Shown here: piece by piece, positions 1 through 10,435 of the stretch
Numbering within the stretch: position 1 is the first letter of the stretch
Layout: each line of letters begins with the position of its first letter
IMG/VR virus record: IMGVR_UViG_3300035204_001594
Coordinates: 1 to 64,000 of that record
Reading direction: 5' to 3' (one strand)
DNA: 64,000 nt
Origin: a virus
Translations under genes and position numbers: made by a program
Notes under the pieces: generated by a model
Database searches by the model: none
What the model saw: the letters and a program-made list of their open reading frames with translations, nothing else
Told to the model about the DNA's origin: nothing

Positions 1-174
1 TTGTGTGTATATGTACATACGTCTATACAAATACCTGCAGTTTGTGTATTTCTTTTTTGCATTTTCTTTAATTGTTTTTGATTATAGCCGTTTCCGGCCA
101 AATAAGCCAGTTTTTAGGCTTGGCTTGGAAGGCTAGAGCAGCAACAGGCCTCCGTATTGCGGCAACAGGTAGGG

Positions 175-531
175 TTAAGCCGCTTCCTCTGTAACCTCGG
201 TGGGTGCGTCTAGAGGTACAAAAATAAGGGATTCTGATACGGAAGGGGGCGCTGATTCAAGGTGAGGAATTATGTGGGTAGCTACTGCGTACAGGTGGCC
301 TCCTAATGCGTCAGTTTTCCGAGTTATTCTGTGGCACTCGTAGGCGTCTTTATGCGGGTCTGTCCATCTCTCGTCGCAGATAATCTCCCAACAGAACTGT
401 TCGAGAGACTGGGATCTGATAGAGATTTGGGCCCACTCCTCAGGTATAGGGTTGGGGGGCGTAAAGTCGTTGTCGAGGTTTCCAGAAGTTTGATGTTGCA
501 TAAAAGGCTTCCACGTACCTATTGGGTACAC
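175..531 (-). CDS. hypothetical protein
   Basis: 118-aa ORF, co-oriented with and just downstream of the RNR gene; no motif recognised. Confidence 0.6.
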   Translation of the reverse strand: MYPIGTWKPFMQHQTSGNLDNDFTPPNPIPEEWAQISIRSQSLEQFCWEIICDERWTDPHKDAYECHRITRKTDALGGHLYAVATHIIPHLESAPPSVSESLIFVPLDAPTEVTEEAA

Positions 532-593
532 TACTCATTCTACATGAGATAAGGTTTAGGCTAAAATGGCGTTTATTGAAGCGTAGGGAGGGC

Positions 594-2513
594 CTACCTA
601 ACAGGACACGCTCCACCTACACACTCAAGATCATTCAAAACCTCTCCTGTAACCACGCCGGCAATGGGTTTAAGCTTACTTATACGCTTTTCGTATTCTT
701 CCTTACTTATTTCCTCGTAAGGTGGCTGATCAAATCCATGGTTAGCGTGAAGTAAAAAACTTACAGTTTTTAAAGATTTTTCATAATTTTTGCGCATCCA
801 CTCTTTGATTTCATCTAATTCTTCGGGGTGGTAGTACACAGTAATTGAAATAGAATTGTCTGCCCACGTTTTTTGAAGCTTTTTAGCGAGCTCCAGCTGA
901 TCCACCGCTGATACGTCTCTAGCTAAAAGGGTATCTCCATTGGTCTCTACGGGAAACTCCACCACAACGCCTGTGTGGTCGTCTGTACCGTCGTCGAACC
1001 GTTTATACTCCACAGGGTAGTTAGCGTCACGAAGCGCCTGTACGAGGCTGTCATCGCTCGCTATGCGCATCCTACGTATGTGGTAGGGAGCGAATCCGGG
1101 GTGTATGCCCGGTGTGCTACCGCTGAGCAAGGATAGGGTCCCTGAAGGCTTAACGGTGGTTAGCCTAATACTTTCAGGGTAACCTTTCTTGTTAGACCAT
1201 TGTTTATCGAAAACCACGAGGTCCCGGTAACACTCATCTAACCATTCCACTTTGTCTAAAGATTGGCATATGCCGGTTACCCCTACGCCTATACGCATAT
1301 TCCGGTGTACTACCTCTTCAGTGCTGTCGTGAATAAAGGGTAGGTTACAAATCGCTTTCTGTGTTTTATAAAGCAGGCGGGCACATTGCTTAAACTCAGT
1401 CTTACTCTCTACATTGTTAAGGAATATCTCGCTTAGATTGCAAGCCTCGTGTGACTCTAAAACAATCTCAGCACAGGGATTGATTATCTCACAAGTATCT
1501 TTCTTGCGCTCCCCTACTCTTCCGTGTTTTTGGGCCAAAGGCAGGTTAAAGAACCCGTAAGGCTCTCCTTGCCCGTCATAACCTTTCCACACAGTATCGG
1601 AAATATGATCAAAAGAATCGGCATAGATCGTATTGTTAGAATTAGCGCGCCAGTTAGGCACGTTTCCTAAGTCCCAACGTTTTGCTCTAAGGAATAAGTA
1701 ATCATCAGGGTCGCCTACAGCTATCTCAGCGCTTCTCCTCACATTTCCTGCAACCACGACACCTCCGATGATGTTACAAATATCTAGCACATCGATAGAT
1801 CGAAGCTTCTTACCTTCGCGTTTAGCTATGATGTCCACAATTTTCTCTGTACCTTCGATTAAGATTGAGGGCCCCGAGGCAGTCCCTCCAAAACCCTTGA
1901 TCTTCTCACCATGTGATCGAACAAGAATAGTGGAGTAGGTAAAGGACTTGCCTGTGAAGAAGTAGGATTTTAATACCTTCTTCAACAGCTTGACCCAGCC
2001 TTCGCGTGAGTCAGGAACAATGAAATCGGCGTCATTTGTTTTTTCGTGGGTAATCACCACATCTGGCTTTACTTTAGGAAGGTCGTGAATATCTTCTTTA
2101 CGAACCGAAAACCCTACACCTCCGCCTAGCATTAGGTTTTCGAATACAAAGCAGAAATCGTCTATATCTCGAATACACACTCCGAAGCAGTTCAAGAGGC
2201 TATTGCCTCCAAAACGGTCTACAGTCGTCGTACCGAGCTGCCAAAGGCATCGACCGGCAAAGCAGCACTTTAGGTTAAAGACGAGGTCATAGAGCTGCTG
2301 CGCCTCTTTAACGGTGTAATCAGCCCCTATCTTCTGGGCGCCGTTGATACACCTGGCAATAGTCTCCCACCACTCTTCGTTGGTGCCATCCTCTTTGATT
2401 CTGCTATAGGTCCTCTTGTACACGACCTCGCCCATTCCGTTAAACCCCCAATTAGGTTGTTTACGTCGGTATGAATTTAAAAAGCTCTTGGGTAGTAGTT
2501 CGCTTACATACAT
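594..2513 (-). CDS. nrdJ: class II (adenosylcobalamin-dependent) ribonucleotide reductase
   Basis: Motifs GNVRRSAE, NPCAEI, TTVKPSGT and C-terminal CVGGACPVR redox tail; no NrdB partner nearby. Confidence 0.93.
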   Translation of the reverse strand: MYVSELLPKSFLNSYRRKQPNWGFNGMGEVVYKRTYSRIKEDGTNEEWWETIARCINGAQKIGADYTVKEAQQLYDLVFNLKCCFAGRCLWQLGTTTVDRFGGNSLLNCFGVCIRDIDDFCFVFENLMLGGGVGFSVRKEDIHDLPKVKPDVVITHEKTNDADFIVPDSREGWVKLLKKVLKSYFFTGKSFTYSTILVRSHGEKIKGFGGTASGPSILIEGTEKIVDIIAKREGKKLRSIDVLDICNIIGGVVVAGNVRRSAEIAVGDPDDYLFLRAKRWDLGNVPNWRANSNNTIYADSFDHISDTVWKGYDGQGEPYGFFNLPLAQKHGRVGERKKDTCEIINPCAEIVLESHEACNLSEIFLNNVESKTEFKQCARLLYKTQKAICNLPFIHDSTEEVVHRNMRIGVGVTGICQSLDKVEWLDECYRDLVVFDKQWSNKKGYPESIRLTTVKPSGTLSLLSGSTPGIHPGFAPYHIRRMRIASDDSLVQALRDANYPVEYKRFDDGTDDHTGVVVEFPVETNGDTLLARDVSAVDQLELAKKLQKTWADNSISITVYYHPEELDEIKEWMRKNYEKSLKTVSFLLHANHGFDQPPYEEISKEEYEKRISKLKPIAGVVTGEVLNDLECVGGACPVR

Positions 2514-2517
2514 CTTC

Positions 2518-2973
2518 TTATCTTACTCCTGTGGATCCGAATCCAGCTGTGCCTCGGGTAGTTGTAGTCAATTCATCTAAAGAACGTACAGATTGGGTAA
2601 ATACTTTAGGGGCAGGTAATATTAGCAACTGCGCTATCCTGTCTCCGGCTTTAATGTCAATAGGGCTGCCCTTCTCCGCATAACAACTCAGGATTATCTC
2701 ACCTCGGTAGTCGCTATCGATTACTCCAACCGTATTACTAAGGCGCAAACCCTTGCGACCCACTGATGACCTGGGCACAAGTATACCTACATGGCCTTTA
2801 GGTATTTCGACATGCAGGCCTGTATGTAGGTCTTGCCGCTGCTCAGGTTGAATAAGGTAATCCTCGGTAACTCTAATGTCTAATCCCGCCGACCCCTTAG
2901 TGGCCGCCTTAAGCGGGGGGTGGTCTTCAGCAGTGCTGTGGTATCGTAAGGTAGTGGTAGTAAGGGGGGTCAT
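2518..2973 (-). CDS. dut: trimeric dUTPase
   Basis: Motifs AGLDI, PRSS, GVIDSDYRGEI, RIAQL, RGTAGFGSTG. Confidence 0.96.
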   Translation of the reverse strand: MTPLTTTTLRYHSTAEDHPPLKAATKGSAGLDIRVTEDYLIQPEQRQDLHTGLHVEIPKGHVGILVPRSSVGRKGLRLSNTVGVIDSDYRGEIILSCYAEKGSPIDIKAGDRIAQLLILPAPKVFTQSVRSLDELTTTTRGTAGFGSTGVR

Positions 2974-3968
2974 GCGTTGGATTTTAACCTCTTTCTCATC
3001 GTATCGCAGGGTCCGAAGAACCCAAGTGTTTTCTGCTTACTGAAGGTAGTCTCAAGGTGTGCTGCAAATAAAGTAGCCACGGGACTTGTGTAGTTTAGCA
3101 TGAATGAAGTCGGCCACACAGCAGTGTTGAGCGTTTTTGCAAACAATTGTTCAACCTTAGCTGAATCGTACTTAACACTCTGTTTGTGGGTCTTGATCGT
3201 CATATCGTCGCCTGCTAGGGCACAGACGTAATTAGCGCCTGTGGTGAATTCTCTTATTCGGGTAAGCTTTCGTTTGGGTAAGGGTGGGCATATTGCCGCA
3301 CATTTAGCTGTCAGTGTAACTTCGTAGCCTTCAGATGTAAGCCCTAGGCTCCACACTCCCCCGTAGGCCCAAAGTAACGATTTAAACTGTTTAATTAATT
3401 TCTGTAAAACATCAAGCTTAAAGTCCCCGCTGCCTAAGCCGGTAAAGGCAAAGGTACGGGTTACTTGGAAGTGTAACAGGTCTAGGTCTACACCGGGGGC
3501 GAACTCTAAAGAATTTTGAAATTTATTCCAGATAGCTAAAGTACGCCTCATCCGACAAGCGGGGCACAAATAGTGCTTACATGTGTACTTGGATAAAAAG
3601 GGTAACACTTGTCCATTCGTGCTTATTGTTAAACCGATAGGAGGGCATCTCTTACACAAATCGTGAGTAGCTTTAGACACTCCTAAAGAAGGGCCTACGT
3701 ACTGTTCCACTACAGCACGCCATAACACGTACAAAGCTACCCTATCGATAAAAGCGGTCTTAGCAGGGGGCGCCCAATGGTCGTATTTCTGCAGGGCAGT
3801 TTTGAGTCGATGTTTGGTAGTTATATACTTACTCACTACCAATGGATTGGTTTTCGGTAAAGTCTTACAGAATGTGTTTAAACTACGCTGAAGAATAGGG
3901 GACAACCCTATGGTATTGGGCTGGTCATTTAAAAGTAAAGAAATTTTCTCTATATGTTTCTCAAACAT
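2970..3968 (-). CDS. hypothetical protein with Zn-binding CxxxxCPxC motif (Rep-like, apparently lacking HUH)
   Basis: TCKHYLCPACRMRR resembles the Cys motif of pC194-family rolling-circle Rep proteins; no HUH motif seen; 4-bp overlap with dut. Confidence 0.5.
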   Translation of the reverse strand: MFEKHIEKISLLLNDQPNTIGLSPILQRSLNTFCKTLPKTNPLVVSKYITTKHRLKTALQKYDHWAPPAKTAFIDRVALYVLWRAVVEQYVGPSLGVSKATHDLCKRCPPIGLTISTNGQVLPFLSKYTCKHYLCPACRMRRTLAIWNKFQNSLEFAPGVDLDLLHFQVTRTFAFTGLGSGDFKLDVLQKLIKQFKSLLWAYGGVWSLGLTSEGYEVTLTAKCAAICPPLPKRKLTRIREFTTGANYVCALAGDDMTIKTHKQSVKYDSAKVEQLFAKTLNTAVWPTSFMLNYTSPVATLFAAHLETTFSKQKTLGFFGPCDTMRKRLKSNA

Positions 3969-4184
3969 TAACTTATTAATTAGTTTAACCTTATATATAT
4001 GTATTATGTATTATCTTAAGAAACATATAGAGAACTTTATTTAACTTTACTTTAAACAAATCGTCGTTTTTAGGGTGTTAATGCGGTTGGGGACGAAAGG
4101 TGAAGTGGTAAGTAATGTATATCGTAAATCTTTGTTTAACTTTAAAGTTAAAGCTAAACCCGGCTCTATTGAAGAACCGGGCTT

Positions 4185-4213
4185 AGTATAGGGCGGCGAA
4201 AGGCCTAGGTCAA
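4185..4213 (-). promoter_or_regulatory. sigma70-type promoter for the Rep-like/dut/nrdJ unit
   Basis: TTGACC (4213-4208), 17-nt spacer, TATACT (4190-4185) on the minus strand. Confidence 0.7.
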
Positions 4214-4252
4214 CCCCAAATCAGTGACCTACATGTAATTTAACTATTTTAC

Positions 4253-5089
4253 CTACGGCTGAGGATTCCCCGAACATACACCTAACACAGAGTCTTGTGG
4301 TTGGTTTTCCCAGCCCTTGATAACGCTATTCAATTCCTCGAAATATTGGCGCACATCTGTAGCGCTGAAGTCCATCAGATCACCTTGAAAGACAGTAAAG
4401 CTAGCCAACACACCTACTACTACTAGGGAGCCGTTCCACCCCCTCTTAACTACAGGACCTCCGCTGTCTCCAAACCAGATTGAAGTAGTATTAGAGCGGA
4501 GTTTAAGCTCTGTGACTTCCGTAATTAGAGTCCCGTAGTAGAACATTACCGTAGGGTAGCTTTGTTTTTTATACCGCAGACTGCACCCTACGGTGAAGAT
4601 ATTAGCCATGTACCTTTCCAAGTGAGTAGATTTACTCGCTATAGGGATAGGGGTAACCTCTGCCACCTCGCACTCTAATTTTAACAAAGCGATGTCGTGA
4701 GACTTCGCAGGAGACAAAGCCCACTCGGGCTGAAGCCATAAGTCTTCAATAGGTATGTATATATCTTCCTTACTGAACTGTATGTATCCGCTATCTACAT
4801 GTATGGCAACATGGGCAGCAGTGAGCACAACACCCGGCGTTATAAGAATACCAGAACCTACGATATCTTTATCCACGTCTAATATATAGCAAGCCGCGTC
4901 GAATGCTCTTGCATCGGCGGGGTCGTCTGTGTAGTTGTATTCGAAGTTAAAGGAGTCGTATATACTCTGATGGTAGTCCGACTCAAATTGTCGTTGCAGG
5001 GCTGGAGGAGCCGATTTTGGTGAAAGTCCCTTTTGTTTTATAGGGGCGCATGCGACAAGTGTTAATATCAATAGGTTTAAAATTTTCAT
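4253..5089 (-). CDS. trypsin-like (S1) serine protease, predicted lipoprotein
   Basis: Catalytic triad motifs LTAAH, DIALL, GDSGGP; N-terminal MKILNLLILTLVAC is a signal peptide with an LVAC lipobox. Confidence 0.88.
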   Translation of the reverse strand: MKILNLLILTLVACAPIKQKGLSPKSAPPALQRQFESDYHQSIYDSFNFEYNYTDDPADARAFDAACYILDVDKDIVGSGILITPGVVLTAAHVAIHVDSGYIQFSKEDIYIPIEDLWLQPEWALSPAKSHDIALLKLECEVAEVTPIPIASKSTHLERYMANIFTVGCSLRYKKQSYPTVMFYYGTLITEVTELKLRSNTTSIWFGDSGGPVVKRGWNGSLVVVGVLASFTVFQGDLMDFSATDVRQYFEELNSVIKGWENQPQDSVLGVCSGNPQP

Positions 5090-5133
5090 AATAATATCTC
5101 ATATCTTTTAATAATAATATAGGGTAATAAGAG

Positions 5134-5796
5134 TTACGAAGCGCTGTCTAGATCTAGTCTGTAGTGTACTCCCTCCAATCCCGCTACGTTAGCGAACGAT
5201 AGTCCAATATTACTGGAAGTCTCTACCATAACCTTAGGGCTGAATGTGTACTGACTTTCCGTGCCCGGGGATATGCCAATAGCCGCTGTGGTTAAAACCA
5301 AACCATCCTTAGTGACGTTAACATCTCCGCTCCCGCTATCTACATTTAGGTAAATTTTATTCAGGTACATAACCTGACGAGTACCTCTTACTGCCAGGTA
5401 GGACTTAGCGACAGGGGTCTCTATACGCCCTTGTATAGACGTATGGGAAGCCCCGGGGAAGGCCATCCATAAACTACCCGTCCAGAATAGGTAGCAAGTA
5501 TCTCCGGGATTGAGAACAACTGTATTAGTTCCATCTAAGTTTAGTGTAACCGAATAAGCAGACCCATAACGACTAGTGACTTGTCTAAAGTAATGGCGAG
5601 AACTAACTCCTAAACCTGAGGTAGGGAGATTTAACGTAACTCCGCTCGAGGCTTGGGTAATGATTATTCCAAAATGGTCAAATAGCTCATATAGAGTATC
5701 TCCATTGGTATACCCTGGGGTGTCTTGGTAAAAAAAGGTGAATTTAGCTTGAGTAGCTAAATCTATTGCGGCATGTAAGTACTCATTCGTAGCCAT
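5134..5796 (-). CDS. probable virion-associated beta-rich protein
   Basis: 220 aa, starts 1 nt after the stop of the 1526-aa fibre-like gene; S/T/G-rich. Confidence 0.5.
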   Translation of the reverse strand: MATNEYLHAAIDLATQAKFTFFYQDTPGYTNGDTLYELFDHFGIIITQASSGVTLNLPTSGLGVSSRHYFRQVTSRYGSAYSVTLNLDGTNTVVLNPGDTCYLFWTGSLWMAFPGASHTSIQGRIETPVAKSYLAVRGTRQVMYLNKIYLNVDSGSGDVNVTKDGLVLTTAAIGISPGTESQYTFSPKVMVETSSNIGLSFANVAGLEGVHYRLDLDSAS

Positions 5797-5797
5797 A

Positions 5798-8700
5798 TCA
5801 GAATCCCATGTTTGTCATGTCAGCGTTTTCCATACCTGTAACCTCGATAACATCCCCGGCCTTCAATCTTACCCTAATTCGAACCTTTGTGCTACTAAGC
5901 CAGTAGGCATTTCCACCCTTTTCTAAGTCTATACCATTAACCCGAATCCTAAAGGATGGAGTCGTTTTAAAGAAAGTGGAGGTAGAACCTATCTCTACAT
6001 TAGTATTACCTGAGTAGCCAACCGTCGCTACAAATCCACCAGGGGCAGTCTTACCTGCGGTAACCTCAAGTGTAGGAGTATTATTAAGAGTTAATTCCAT
6101 ATCATGCCTATAGTCATGCCACTCAGAGTTGGAACTTAAGGTAGATACTGTATAGATACACTGAGTGGTATACCCGCCTCGACGCTCAAACGTTAAAGTA
6201 CCTGAGCCGTCGCTTGCGACCAAAACATCTTTACTTCCACCTAAAGTAGTAGGCAGAGTTAATGTGTAGGGGTTTATAGAGCCTGTGCCTGAGGAAGCTG
6301 TGGCAAGGGGGGCAGCAATTTCAATAAACTCATACTTAGTAGATACTTTCAACGAGGAGCTAGTACCAGATCCCCCGGTGTTACCTATTTTAAGCTCGTC
6401 GGCAGTGTAGACTAAGTCTGAGGTAAACTCAGGGAGGCTCGTCCCGGTATTATATAGCATCATCTGTCCGGACGCGGTTCCGGTCGACGCAGGGGCTATA
6501 ACGGAGCTTATCTGGGTATCTACGTACAGCTTTGTAGATGCATCGGTGTTATCTGTAGGGGCTCCCAGCCCTTTAATCTGCAGATTATCTACCAGTATCT
6601 CGCTACTCTTAACTTCCATTTTAGGGGTAGAACTACTACCTGCATGCATTCGTAAGCTTTGAACTGTATTAGATCCTCCAGACATACCAGAGATTACAAT
6701 TTGGGAAGTAGTTCCTGAGTAGGTTATATTAACATTCCCGGCTGCTCCAGGGTTATCATTTGCCAGGGTTACCACTGTAGACGTACTTCCGGACCAAGCA
6801 GCTTGGACGTCGAGATCTCCCTCTCCTCTAGCGTAGTTAATAGAATATTCTATTCTAGAGGCTATATCTTCATCATTATCAACATCCCCTATCTTAATAC
6901 GGTATTCGGTACTAGTATCTTTAGGGTCTCCGCTAGCTCCGTAAGCTGAAGTAAACTCAAAAGTAATAGAGTTAGATCCATCTCCTACATCTAATTCCTC
7001 ACCAATTAGGTTATCTCCGTCGGTGTTTTCGTATACGGTTATTTGGCCTGTGGCAGCAACAGCGGCCTCCTCTGCGTAGCCTAACCCGCTCGACTCTTTG
7101 CTTACGAAGGTAAACATGGGTCCGCCATCGGATCGAGCCTCGGTTACCATTCGCCCCGACGTGTCTGCAAAGCCTTGAATACTAGTTTTGTTTGTACCCT
7201 CGCACACAGTGTCTGTAAACTGAGCTATTCGATTATAGGAACCCAGTTGATATACAATAGATTCGTTAGCCGCTCCTTTACTGAAAGCCGATGGAGGCGC
7301 AACGTCACATAGGCTGTCCCAATCGGCAGAGTGGGTTATAGAGGTATTTCCTGCAGTACCTCCTGTATTTTGGGTAAACTCAACCTTACCGGCATTATCG
7401 TTAGCAGCTGCGTTTATAGTCCCATTGTGCCCGTCGGAAGAGTTTACTAACGTCGCTAAATTAGTTGCAGCGTCAGATGCAGAAGCTCCCCGGTTAAACT
7501 CTTGACTGGCAGCCACAGCCCCAGAAGCTTTAATGGTATAGGTTTTCGAAGTGCTTGAGGTGTCCACAAGAGTTAAGGTTTCGTCAGCAGAGCTACTGTA
7601 TTCGGTGTCCCCAAACGTAAAAGTAGCGTAAGCCTGACCGGTACTTCGATAGGACCCTGTGGATCCGGTTCCATAAATAATAGAGGGAGCTTGCTGGGTT
7701 CCGTCCGCTACTACAACAGTATTTGTAAACGTAGCGGAACTCGGCTGCACATACCTTGAGTCTCCGAGAGTGCCTAATGTTTTGAACGATAGGAATCCCG
7801 AACCGCTGGTCACCATAACACTATCGGTGGTGCCATCTGAGCTTGGCAGTGTAAAGTTTAACGCCTCACCCATTAAGGAAGCCGGGGTTAAGGTGGTGTC
7901 GTAGCTGTGGCTGGCATGTTTTAAAGTAAGAACGCCCGTTATTGAGGAATTTGTACCTATCTCAGCCCATTGATAGCCGCCGCTAGCGGGTATCTTAAAT
8001 CCGGAGGTTTCTACGTATTTACTTGTAGCTGCATCATATGCTACAACGGCGTTATCGGAAGACCCTTCGGCTACAATACCATCTATATAAGATTTTGTAG
8101 CAGGATGCGAAGAAGATGTAGGGGTTGGGATATTGTATATTGTTTGATTATTAAAATCCCATCCTGCGCCGGATATAGAGGCTCGTCTAGTACCCCCGGC
8201 GGTAAATGATAAAGTATCTGCTGCGCTGCGGTATATACCTGTATCGTCATCGCCTGTGAAGGTATAAGACGGCTTGGCTGCAGTAGTACCTTCGCCTACA
8301 CCTGTCTGAAAATTTAAAAACGGGGTCTGTGCGTCCGATATGTCGCCCCCTTGAATACCTTCGGCAGCAAACTCAAACAAAGGAGAGCCTCCGTTATACA
8401 CGAAAGCCACAGCTTTACCACTGCCGTCACCACTGTCTTTTGCATAGAACCCGCTGTCAGAGGCGTCTGTAAATTTTAGGTCGAGGCTGGTTGTTGACTT
8501 AGATAAGTTTCCTACAATAAGCTCCCCTGTGACAGTGCCCCCCGATGTGTCAAACTTACCGGAAAGAGTATCAGCTGTAGCAACTTCCTTTACAGCTGTT
8601 GAGGTGTAGAAATGCATTTTCGAGTTCGCAGGGTCGTAAAATACAGCCCCGGCTCTATCTGTATTTGCTGCAGGCCATGAGTTTGTACCTCTCAAGGAGG

Positions 8701-10378
8701 GTTTAACTAATACATATGTGCCCGCATCGAACTCAGTGGCATTGTTGCCTAGTTGAAGTATATCTCCGCTTGAAGTATTTGTACCTCTAAATAAATAGTC
8801 ATCATCAAACTTTACGAAAATATTGTGCGCTTTAGTACTACTATCTACATGAGCACCCATTCCTGTGGTAAGATGGGATGCGAATGAGTACCCAGGAACC
8901 TTGCTGGTGGAGCTTGAAGCCTCGGCCGCGATAGTCATCTGGGCGATATCTGTTAAAGTTTCGTAAGTATGTGTGTAACTAGTACCGGAAGAGCTTCTAG
9001 ATTTTTTATCAAATTGGCGCAACTCTGTAAATGACAATGTTCCGCTGCCGTCGGTAATAAGTGCTTGTGACGCTGAGGATGCATCTGAAGTGGGGTAGAC
9101 CAGGCCCCCTATAGTTGCATTACTCAGGGAAACCACACCGGATGCTGTAAGGGTTATAGAATTACTACTTAAAGATATAGAATCCGCTTTTTGAACGTCA
9201 AAGCTAGCTGAGGTTCCGGTATCCCCATCCATAGCAACCTTAAACTGATCTCCGTCCGTACCTCCGGAGAAAGAGGTAGCAGTAATGTTACCTCCGCTTT
9301 CAGCGGTACCCGTTACCATATCTCCATTACCTGCGGTACCCGCTGTGTTCATGGTTAGGGCAACGGTATCGTCTGGGTTAAGGGCTGCGGTGACATTTAG
9401 GTCACCAGACGTATCCGCTGCATTTATTGAAGCCGTTAGCTGAGTGGCAACAGCCGCTACAGTATGGGCAGAGCCTACCCCTATGTAAGTAGAGGATGTG
9501 GCATTTGAGGTGCTATAGGTGAGTGTGTGTACGTTGCTGTCTGCGTCTGTAATAATAACTGTTAAGCCATTTAAGGTAGTTCCTGCTGATACACCTCCTG
9601 ACATGCCAGCTACTGTAATATCGGCTGCGTCTGCGGTAGTAGTTATCGTAATGTTTCTATCCGACCCGTCGCTCTGGTTGGTCAAACTAACTACATTAGA
9701 GGATCCCCCTGACCAAACTGAAGTGATATCCAAATTATCTTGAGTATCAGCATAGTTTAGGGAGTATTGAATCGCTTCAGCTATATCCTGGTCTGTGTCG
9801 TCCCCGGACTCTATAAGAATGTAGTAGTCTGCATCCGAGTTTCTGGGGTTTCCGCTAGCCCCGTAGCTAGACTTAAACGTGAATACAACTGTATTATCCC
9901 CGTCCTCCACTGTTATAGTATCATCTAGAAGATTATCTCCCTCTACGTCTTCCAATACGGTTATAGTGCCTGTGGCAGCAGCAGATGACCCCAGTTGAGT
10001 TATCGTAGCTGTGGCCGCTGAGGCTGACCCTACCTTACCTGCAAAGGTTAAACCCCCGGCTCCTGTAGAACCTAAGGTGGCTGTGACGTCGGTATCGGTA
10101 GCTGCGGTTTTAGGGGAGCTTAACGCCAATACATCCTGTAACCTCACATATGTACGCTGATCAACAGCTTCGAGATCTGTGGTGGCCCCTGTAGGGTCTA
10201 CCACTAAAGCAAATCCGGCATCGCTGGTACTTAACCCTGTGGCTAGGGTCAAACCTTCCAGGTAGTCGTTATTCTGCTCCTGAATCGCAATAAAACGTAG
10301 CAGTGAGACGTAGAGAGAGTTGACAGTAGATGTGGTGGGCCTAACTCCAGGCTCATTTACAAGACTTTTAAGAGGCAT
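5798..10378 (-). CDS. large tail-fibre-like virion protein with repeated modules
   Basis: 1526 aa, S/T/G/A-rich; fibre-type motifs (PSYTFTGDDDTGIY, PTDNTDASTKLYVD, LPSSDG..VMVTSGSG.LSF); about 4 copies of the ~110-aa module shared with 43699-48294. Confidence 0.7.
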   Translation of the reverse strand: MPLKSLVNEPGVRPTTSTVNSLYVSLLRFIAIQEQNNDYLEGLTLATGLSTSDAGFALVVDPTGATTDLEAVDQRTYVRLQDVLALSSPKTAATDTDVTATLGSTGAGGLTFAGKVGSASAATATITQLGSSAAATGTITVLEDVEGDNLLDDTITVEDGDNTVVFTFKSSYGASGNPRNSDADYYILIESGDDTDQDIAEAIQYSLNYADTQDNLDITSVWSGGSSNVVSLTNQSDGSDRNITITTTADAADITVAGMSGGVSAGTTLNGLTVIITDADSNVHTLTYSTSNATSSTYIGVGSAHTVAAVATQLTASINAADTSGDLNVTAALNPDDTVALTMNTAGTAGNGDMVTGTAESGGNITATSFSGGTDGDQFKVAMDGDTGTSASFDVQKADSISLSSNSITLTASGVVSLSNATIGGLVYPTSDASSASQALITDGSGTLSFTELRQFDKKSRSSSGTSYTHTYETLTDIAQMTIAAEASSSTSKVPGYSFASHLTTGMGAHVDSSTKAHNIFVKFDDDYLFRGTNTSSGDILQLGNNATEFDAGTYVLVKPSLRGTNSWPAANTDRAGAVFYDPANSKMHFYTSTAVKEVATADTLSGKFDTSGGTVTGELIVGNLSKSTTSLDLKFTDASDSGFYAKDSGDGSGKAVAFVYNGGSPLFEFAAEGIQGGDISDAQTPFLNFQTGVGEGTTAAKPSYTFTGDDDTGIYRSAADTLSFTAGGTRRASISGAGWDFNNQTIYNIPTPTSSSHPATKSYIDGIVAEGSSDNAVVAYDAATSKYVETSGFKIPASGGYQWAEIGTNSSITGVLTLKHASHSYDTTLTPASLMGEALNFTLPSSDGTTDSVMVTSGSGFLSFKTLGTLGDSRYVQPSSATFTNTVVVADGTQQAPSIIYGTGSTGSYRSTGQAYATFTFGDTEYSSSADETLTLVDTSSTSKTYTIKASGAVAASQEFNRGASASDAATNLATLVNSSDGHNGTINAAANDNAGKVEFTQNTGGTAGNTSITHSADWDSLCDVAPPSAFSKGAANESIVYQLGSYNRIAQFTDTVCEGTNKTSIQGFADTSGRMVTEARSDGGPMFTFVSKESSGLGYAEEAAVAATGQITVYENTDGDNLIGEELDVGDGSNSITFEFTSAYGASGDPKDTSTEYRIKIGDVDNDEDIASRIEYSINYARGEGDLDVQAAWSGSTSTVVTLANDNPGAAGNVNITYSGTTSQIVISGMSGGSNTVQSLRMHAGSSSTPKMEVKSSEILVDNLQIKGLGAPTDNTDASTKLYVDTQISSVIAPASTGTASGQMMLYNTGTSLPEFTSDLVYTADELKIGNTGGSGTSSSLKVSTKYEFIEIAAPLATASSGTGSINPYTLTLPTTLGGSKDVLVASDGSGTLTFERRGGYTTQCIYTVSTLSSNSEWHDYRHDMELTLNNTPTLEVTAGKTAPGGFVATVGYSGNTNVEIGSTSTFFKTTPSFRIRVNGIDLEKGGNAYWLSSTKVRIRVRLKAGDVIEVTGMENADMTNMGF

Positions 10379-10405
10379 TTATTACTCCGTACGAGGTATA
10401 ACTAC

Positions 10406-10435
10406 ATTATACAATAGTTAAAAAAAGGGGCTGAA
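10406..10435 (-). promoter_or_regulatory. probable promoter for the 1526-aa gene
   Basis: Perfect TATAAT (10411-10406), weak -35 (TTCAGC, 18-nt spacer) overlapping the upstream terminator; GGAG RBS before the ATG at 10378. Confidence 0.45.
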
